Positions 21,410-26,362 of a stretch of DNA of 26,362 nucleotides are shown here, one piece after another. Under the pieces are notes generated by a model. It had not been told where the DNA came from. It searched no databases and saw only the letters and a program-made list of their open reading frames with translations. The stretch comes from Paramoeba atlantica (taxonomy: Eukaryota > Protista > Discosea). Location of the stretch: contig CDRNVI010000222.1 in the NCBI GenBank assembly GCA_977017575.1, positions 1-26,362 on the forward strand. Direction: 5' to 3'. A program made the translations under genes and the position numbers. Numbering within the stretch: the first letter of the stretch is position 1; each line of letters starts with the position of its first letter.

Positions 21410-22172
21410 CTGTCATTGAGTCTCATGTTTCAGCAAGTCCCACCCATTGAGCATATCTACTTTCTCCCCGATAAAGAATGGATTGATGATTTGTGGAAAA
21501 TTTACTCTCAAGAGAAATACCAGAAGTTTTGGAACACCCAGTGTTTTATTTTGTGGATGGAACGGTTGTTGAAGTGAACCGGATACACAGTGCCCTAATC
21601 ACATCATGGACTTTTTGGAATGGAAAAGCCAATGTTTTTTGTTGTTGTTGTCTCGCCTTGCCTTGTGGGCAGATTGTATTTAATTTTTCTGAAAAATTAG
21701 TGAAGGAGGATCGATCCACTGGGAAAAACCCACACTGGGAAAATGAGAAGGTGGGTGGCAGAAAAACTTCTTGCACAAAAGTATTTGAACTACCGAGACA
21801 GAAGTCGATGGGAAGAATTACAAGAAAGAGATTGGAGGAGACAAAGCATATCCTTATGGTTTTTCAAAACCTGATGGATGGGTTGTGCGAGTGACAAAGA
21901 CAGTGGAAGAAACAAAGGAAGTGAATGAGAAAGGTGAGGAAGTTGGAGAGAAAGCCAAAGATTTTCCAAACTGCAAGATGTTGAATTTGACCCCCCCCCC
22001 CCCCTTTGCGATTGCTCATTTGCGAGGTGTTGTTGAGAGGACGATCCAGCGAATTAAAAGTTGGCCTTTTTTTTTCATAACCCCAAACCCCTGTTGCTCT
22101 AATGAAATGAGAACTTACAAAATGATTCTATTCTCTGTCTTGTGCTCTTGTGAGTTGGTTTCTTTTGAATAA
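21410..22172 (+). pseudogene. Frameshifted DDE_Tnp_4-type transposase (PIF/Harbinger-ISL2EU, PHIS group)
   Basis: FYFVDGTVVEVNR...FWNGK (D at 21556) in frame 21493. After frameshift(s) near 21730-21790 come IGGDKAYP (D at 21840) and IAHLRGVVERTIQRIKSW (E at 22035) in frame 21789-22172. These match the DGT / D(K/S)(G/A)Y / R..VER....K signature. The 5' boundary is approximate. Confidence 0.85.
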
Positions 22173-23192
22173 CAACAACAATCAACAAATTTAAAAAGTA
22201 AATGTTTATTTTTCTTTTCAATTGAATTTGTAAAACTCTCCACTTTTCTTTTTTGCTGATTGACTTGCACCGCACCTTCTAAGTGTTCTGGGTAACCAAT
22301 TGGAGATGATCTTTTTCTTTTTAGTGGGCCGAAGGAAGTTTCCAAACTTTGTTCTTTGTCATTTTCTTTTTCTCTTCTCTTTGTGTCTTCTTTTCCTTCC
22401 TCATCCTTTTTTTCTTTTTCTTTTTTCTTTCCTTTTCCTTCTGCTTTCTGCTTTTCCCTCTCTCTTTCTGCTTTCTTTTCCCTAACCCACCTGTTCCTGG
22501 TTCCTCTTTCTCATCTTTCTCATTTTCATCTTTCTCTTTCTCTTTCTCATCTTTCTTTTTCTCTTTTTCTTTCTCATCTTTCTTTTCATCTTTCTTTCCT
22601 TTTACTTACTGTTTTCTTTTCTCCATTCTCTTCCTGTTTTACGGGGACAGGGATGTGATTTTAGGATTGTGGTCTCACGCTTGTTGTTCTGCCTTGGGAC
22701 TTCTTCAAAGAATTCTTTCTTGATCACATCCCAATCAAAATCAAATCTGATTTTGTGGTAAAGTGGCCAATCAGGAGGACAAGAAAAGCAAGCAAGCAAG
22801 TTTCTTCTTTCGATTTGTAATCCACTTTTCGGTGGAGAATCCAGACGATTTTTTGTGAGAAGAAAGAGACTCAACAATAATGCAGCAACACCTGCTTACA
22901 TTTTCTTGTGAGTGTTTCTCCCACCCCTTGGCAAGGACAAGATGATGAAAGTATTCCGGAAGGAGTGAGCGAAGTTCGAACCAGATAGTTCTTATTCGCG
23001 ATTTTCTCAACATTGAACAAACCCCTCCTCATAAATCCCACTTATTGTTTGGAGTTTCTTGGAAGAACTGAAGTTTCCTCACATCCCCACAAGCTTATTA
23101 AATCTTTTCCTTTTCGAAAATTTTGAGAACCACTCACAAAAAGAGAAAACAACAGAATCCTCAGAAAAGTTGGAAGGCAAACGAGGTATCAT
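22115..23192 (-). pseudogene. Frameshifted SWIM zinc-finger protein gene, convergent with the transposase, with K/E-rich C-terminal region
   Basis: ATG at 23192 (MIPRLPSNFSEDSVVF), then after a shift SQNFRKGKDL...KNYLVRTSLTPSGILSSSCPCQGVGETLTRKC (CxC at 22939-22931, C at 22900). Removing a 2-nt GG insertion in AAGCA[GG]TGTTGCTGCA gives CKHVAALLLSLF, a canonical CxCxnCxH SWIM motif, in frame with ORF 22602..22877. There is one in-frame TAA at 23044-23042. The 3' end is uncertain. Confidence 0.72.
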
Positions 23193-24553
23193 TCACACAA
23201 AACGAAAGCAAAAAAAAAAAAAACACAATGTCATTTTTAGAGTGTTAAATCGCGTCGCGAGTTGGCCAATTTTTTTTTTGTTTTTTTTTTTTTTTCGAAA
23301 AAAGAAAAAAGAAAATTTGGCTCACACACACTCACACTGAAGAATCTTTCCCCACACACACACACAATTCATCGATTCCCGTCGTGATTTGCCGATTGAT
23401 TTATTTTCTCTCTCTCTCTGATATTTACGAAAATCAGGTTCTTTTATTTTTTTATTTTCTCTCGAAAACTTTTGTTTCGAAACTTTTGTAATTTTTCTCC
23501 ATGATAGAATGGAGATTTCCATTTTTTCGAACGAATCAATTCAAACCCCATCAAGATGGTGGATTAATCCAACCCCCCCTCCTAACCTCTGACTCACTTA
23601 ACCTCTGGCACCACACACACAAGATTGTTCTTTTTTTCGGATCAAGTTGGTTTTTATTTTACTCTCAAAAAAAGTATTTGACTGAGAATATCACTCTTTT
23701 GAGAACAGACTCTAGTCTTGCTTGGTGATGTAACACAAGCAACTTGGGGGTTTCTAATTCTCTCGAAGAGATTTGGGACCTTTTATTTTTTTTTCTGTCC
23801 GGGCGGACAGAAACCAAGATCAAAATCGCTCTTGAAAAGAACTTGTCCAACGTTTTTTGGGTTTGAAAAATTCAAATTCGAGAATATTCAATCACTCTTC
23901 TTAAGGTGCTATTTTTACAACTTTTATCTTTTCGCTTCTTTTTGCTTTTTTTTTTCTTTTCATTTTTCCCCTCTCTTTTTCTTCTTTCCCTCCTCCTCCC
24001 CCTCCCCACCTTCTTTTTCTCCTCCTCATTTTCTTTCTTTTTCTCAATTTTTTTTTTATTTTCCAAAAGAGAGATTTTGATCAAATTCTTTGTGTGTTTG
24101 CGTGCGATTTCGATTATCTCGGAAAAATATGAAAAAGAAAAACACCACCTCTGCCACCACCATCACCTCTGCCACATTTCCTTCTTTCCGGAAAACATGG
24201 AACGTACTGAAAAAGACTTTTCATTCTTCCCCTTCATTCTTCCTCTTTTGATGAAACTTCGCTTTCTCAAATATCTTTGCAGAGTATTTTTTTTTTTGTT
24301 TTGTTTTTCTTCCTTCTTCTTCTTCCTGTCTTTGTGCTTCTCATCTCCTTCGAAAGATGTTTTCTCTCTCTTCTTTCTCTCTTCTTTCTCTCTCTTCTTT
24401 CTCTCTCTCCTTTCTCTCTTTCTCTCTCTCCTCTCTCTCCCCTCTCTTTCTCTTTCTCATTTCCTCATTCTCTATTTCCCATTCTCTTTCACTTCACTCT
24501 CTCTCCCCTCTCTTTGTCTTTTTGATATTTACTTTCTTTTACTTTAAAAAAAG

Positions 24554-25460
24554 GCTCAGACAATTCAAAAACCATCTGCCGAAGTTCCTTCAATTGGTGA
24601 GGGTGTTTTGGCTTTGGCTTGGGTTTTTTTTTTGTTTTCTTTTTTTTTTGTTATTTTGTTTTTATTTTGTTTTTGTTTTTGTTTTTGTTTTTGTTTTCTT
24701 TTTTTTTATTTCATTTCTTTTCTTTTTCTTTTCTTTTTCTTTTCTTTTCTTATTTCTTTTCTTATTTCTTTTCTTGTTTCTTTATTTATTGATAAAAAAA
24801 CAAAAATTTGTTTTGTTTTGTGTTGTATTGTCTTATATTTATTATTATGAATTATTATGAATTACTCTGAATTATTAATTCTTTCTTTCTTTCTTTTATT
24901 TTTTTAATTAAATGAATAATTATTTTTTTAAAAAACAATGTACCAGAACACCCGTCATGTTTAATGGTTGGGACAACTGCAAATCAAAAATTCAATTGAT
25001 TTTCGTGACTCTCCTTCTACTCTTCCTTCTTTTGTGGTTCTTTTTTTTTTCTTTTTTTTCTTTCTTTTCATTCTTTTGTGGTTGTTCTCTTCTTCTTCTT
25101 CTCTCTCCACAGCCCTTTTCCCCTTTATTCTTCTCTTTCTCTCTCTTTCTCTCTTTCTCTCTTTCTCTCTTCTCTCTCTTCTCTCTCTTCTCTCTTTAAT
25201 CAAACATTACAAAAAGGCACATAGTTGGGGGGGTGTTAATGGGATCGAGATTAATCCTTTTCATTCTATGACAATGGCTACTTTTAGGTCTCTTTTTCTT
25301 TTCTTTCTTTTTCTCTTTCTTTTCTTTTCCTCTTTTTCTTTTCTCTCTCTTTTCTCACAATATCTTGTACAGTGAAGACAGTGTAATAAAAATTTGGGAT
25401 ATCAGAAAATTTCCTGATCCTGTTTTAACAATTTCTACTGGCAGTAAAGCTCTCCAACAG
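24554..25460 (+). pseudogene. MIOS: Four exons encoding WD40 repeats of GATOR2 subunit MIOS/Sea4 (fragment; one frameshift)
   Basis: Exons 24554-24622, ~24940-25036, 25217-25287 and 25373-25460 splice to AQTIQKPSAEVPSIGEGVLALAW|VPEHPSCLMVGTTANQK~IDFRDSPSTLPSFV|AHSWGGVNGIEINPFHSMTMATFS|EDSVIKIWDIRKFPDPVLTISTGSKALQQ. This is collinear with the MIOS region as I recall it (KP..EL...CLSLCW.P...FDLR...V.GV.VDP...IWDLRKFEKPVLTL). Phases are consistent. The exon 2 acceptor lacks AG and there is a frameshift near 24990. Confidence 0.78.
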
Positions 25461-25804
25461 GTTTTTTAATTATTATTAATTGATATTTTATCTAATTTTT
25501 ATTTTGTTTTTACTCTGTTTTTTTTCTTTAAAATTAACTAATTTGTTTTTGATCTTCTCTCCCTCTCCCTCTCCTCTCTCCTCTCTCTTCTCTCCTCCTC
25601 TCTCCTCTCCTCTCTCCTCTCTTCTCTCTCTTCTCTCCTCTCTCCTCTCTCCTCTCTCCTCTCTCTTCTCTCCTCCTCTCTCCTCCTCCTCTCCTCTCCT
25701 CTCCTCTCCTCTCCTCTCCTCTCTCCTCTTTTTCTTCTCTTTTTCTTTTCTTTTTCTTCTCCCCTTCTCTCTCCCTCTCTCTCTTTCTTTCTTTTTTTTT
25801 TCAG

Positions 25805-26046
25805 CATTCCACTCTTCGCTCTTCCACTTGCAAGTCCGAACTTCAATCTTGAAATGACTCTTTTATTGGTTTCTTTTTGACTGCTAATGGTTATCAACTT
25901 AGTGATTGGTCCTTTTATAACAATCTCCACATCGCAAGTCAAAAATTTGGGAAATCAATTCCAGGTGAAAATGGGCCATTGTCTCTTTATTTGACATCAA
26001 CATTGATTCAGCATATGAAGACAACTCATCAGTTTTGCTGATTGAT
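25805..26046 (+). other. Exon-like unique segment of unknown product (one in-frame TGA, one probable frameshift)
   Basis: Follows a long polypyrimidine tract and CAG. It reads HSTLRSSTCKSELQS*NDSFIGFFLTANGYQLSDWSFYNNLHIASQKFGKSIPGENGP~VSLFDINIDSAYEDNSSVLLID|GT. It does not resemble the next MIOS exon. Confidence 0.35.
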
Positions 26047-26049
26047 GTT

Positions 26050-26228
26050 TGTGTGTGTTCACTTTTTCCTTCAGGTTTTTTCTTCTCATATTTATTTGTC
26101 CTCCAATTTTTAATCCGAGTTTTCTCTTTTGGTTTCTCCACACCAATTTTTTTCCCAATTTCTCAACTGGTTTCTCAACTGATTTCCCTACCGGATTTCC
26201 CCACTGATTTCTCCCTAACCTCTTTGGT

Positions 26229-26266
<38 letters not shown>

Positions 26267-26362
26267 CCTTTCTTTTTTTTTTTTTTCTATTTTCTCCTTT
26301 TCTTTTTTCTCAAAATTTACAGAACAAAGATCAACTTCAACATGTGCCCACCTCAAATGTAC
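26050..26362 (+). repeat. Further copy of the 12-mer plus CAGAACAAAGA module seen at 1-2700
   Basis: 12-nt repeats at ~26140-26225, then a CT tract and CAG|AACAAAGA (cf. ~455 and 1136). Confidence 0.6.

Noticed and set aside
13828-23320. Fanzor/TnpB, Helitron RepHel, Polinton or viral hallmark genes
   Set aside because: I found no RuvC motifs with a C-terminal zinc finger, no HUH/helicase, polB or capsid-like motifs in any frame I read. A frameshift-aware profile search would be needed to exclude very degenerate remnants.
13828-24300. Terminal inverted repeats or target-site duplication for the transposon
   Set aside because: No convincing match between the 13828 end and 23200-24300, or between ~21100 and ~23300, by eye.
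23501-24350. MIOS N-terminal exons (IEW...NQF; TLLRTDSSLAW; KRDFDQIL)
   Set aside because: The resemblance is weak and broken by stops and frame changes; it cannot be supported without an alignment.
1-26362. tRNA, rRNA or snRNA genes
   Set aside because: No recognisable conserved motifs or cloverleaf seen.

Overview
This is eukaryotic, intron-rich, AT-rich genomic DNA, probably from a protist (organism not identifiable). It has extreme purine/pyrimidine strand asymmetry, and almost all ORFs in the supplied track are low-complexity artefacts. (1) 1-7140 and 9916-13827 hold copies of a repeated, spliced-looking gene family of short exon-like islands between CT-rich introns. Two diverged arms (~495-4020 and ~9916-13827) form a large inverted repeat, with further direct duplications in between. 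(2) 7153-8494 is a 5'-truncated CRE-clade-like non-LTR retrotransposon (CCHC knuckle, restriction-like endonuclease, poly(A) tail). It keeps one reading frame but has 7 nonsense codons and no CpG. (3) ~13828-23320 is a CpG-retaining block. It contains an orphan ORF, a ~5 kb degenerate ~160-bp tandem array, a frameshifted DDE_Tnp_4 (PIF/Harbinger-ISL2EU-like) transposase with D, D and E intact, and a convergent frameshifted SWIM zinc-finger gene. (4) 24554-25460 has four exons encoding WD40 repeats of the GATOR2 subunit MIOS/Sea4, not continued by the expected next exon. The most promising candidate for something new is block (3), a PHIS-type transposase plus SWIM partner next to a nucleosome-length repeat array. 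All homology calls are from motif recognition by eye; no database search was run. Frameshifts at homopolymers may be assembly errors.
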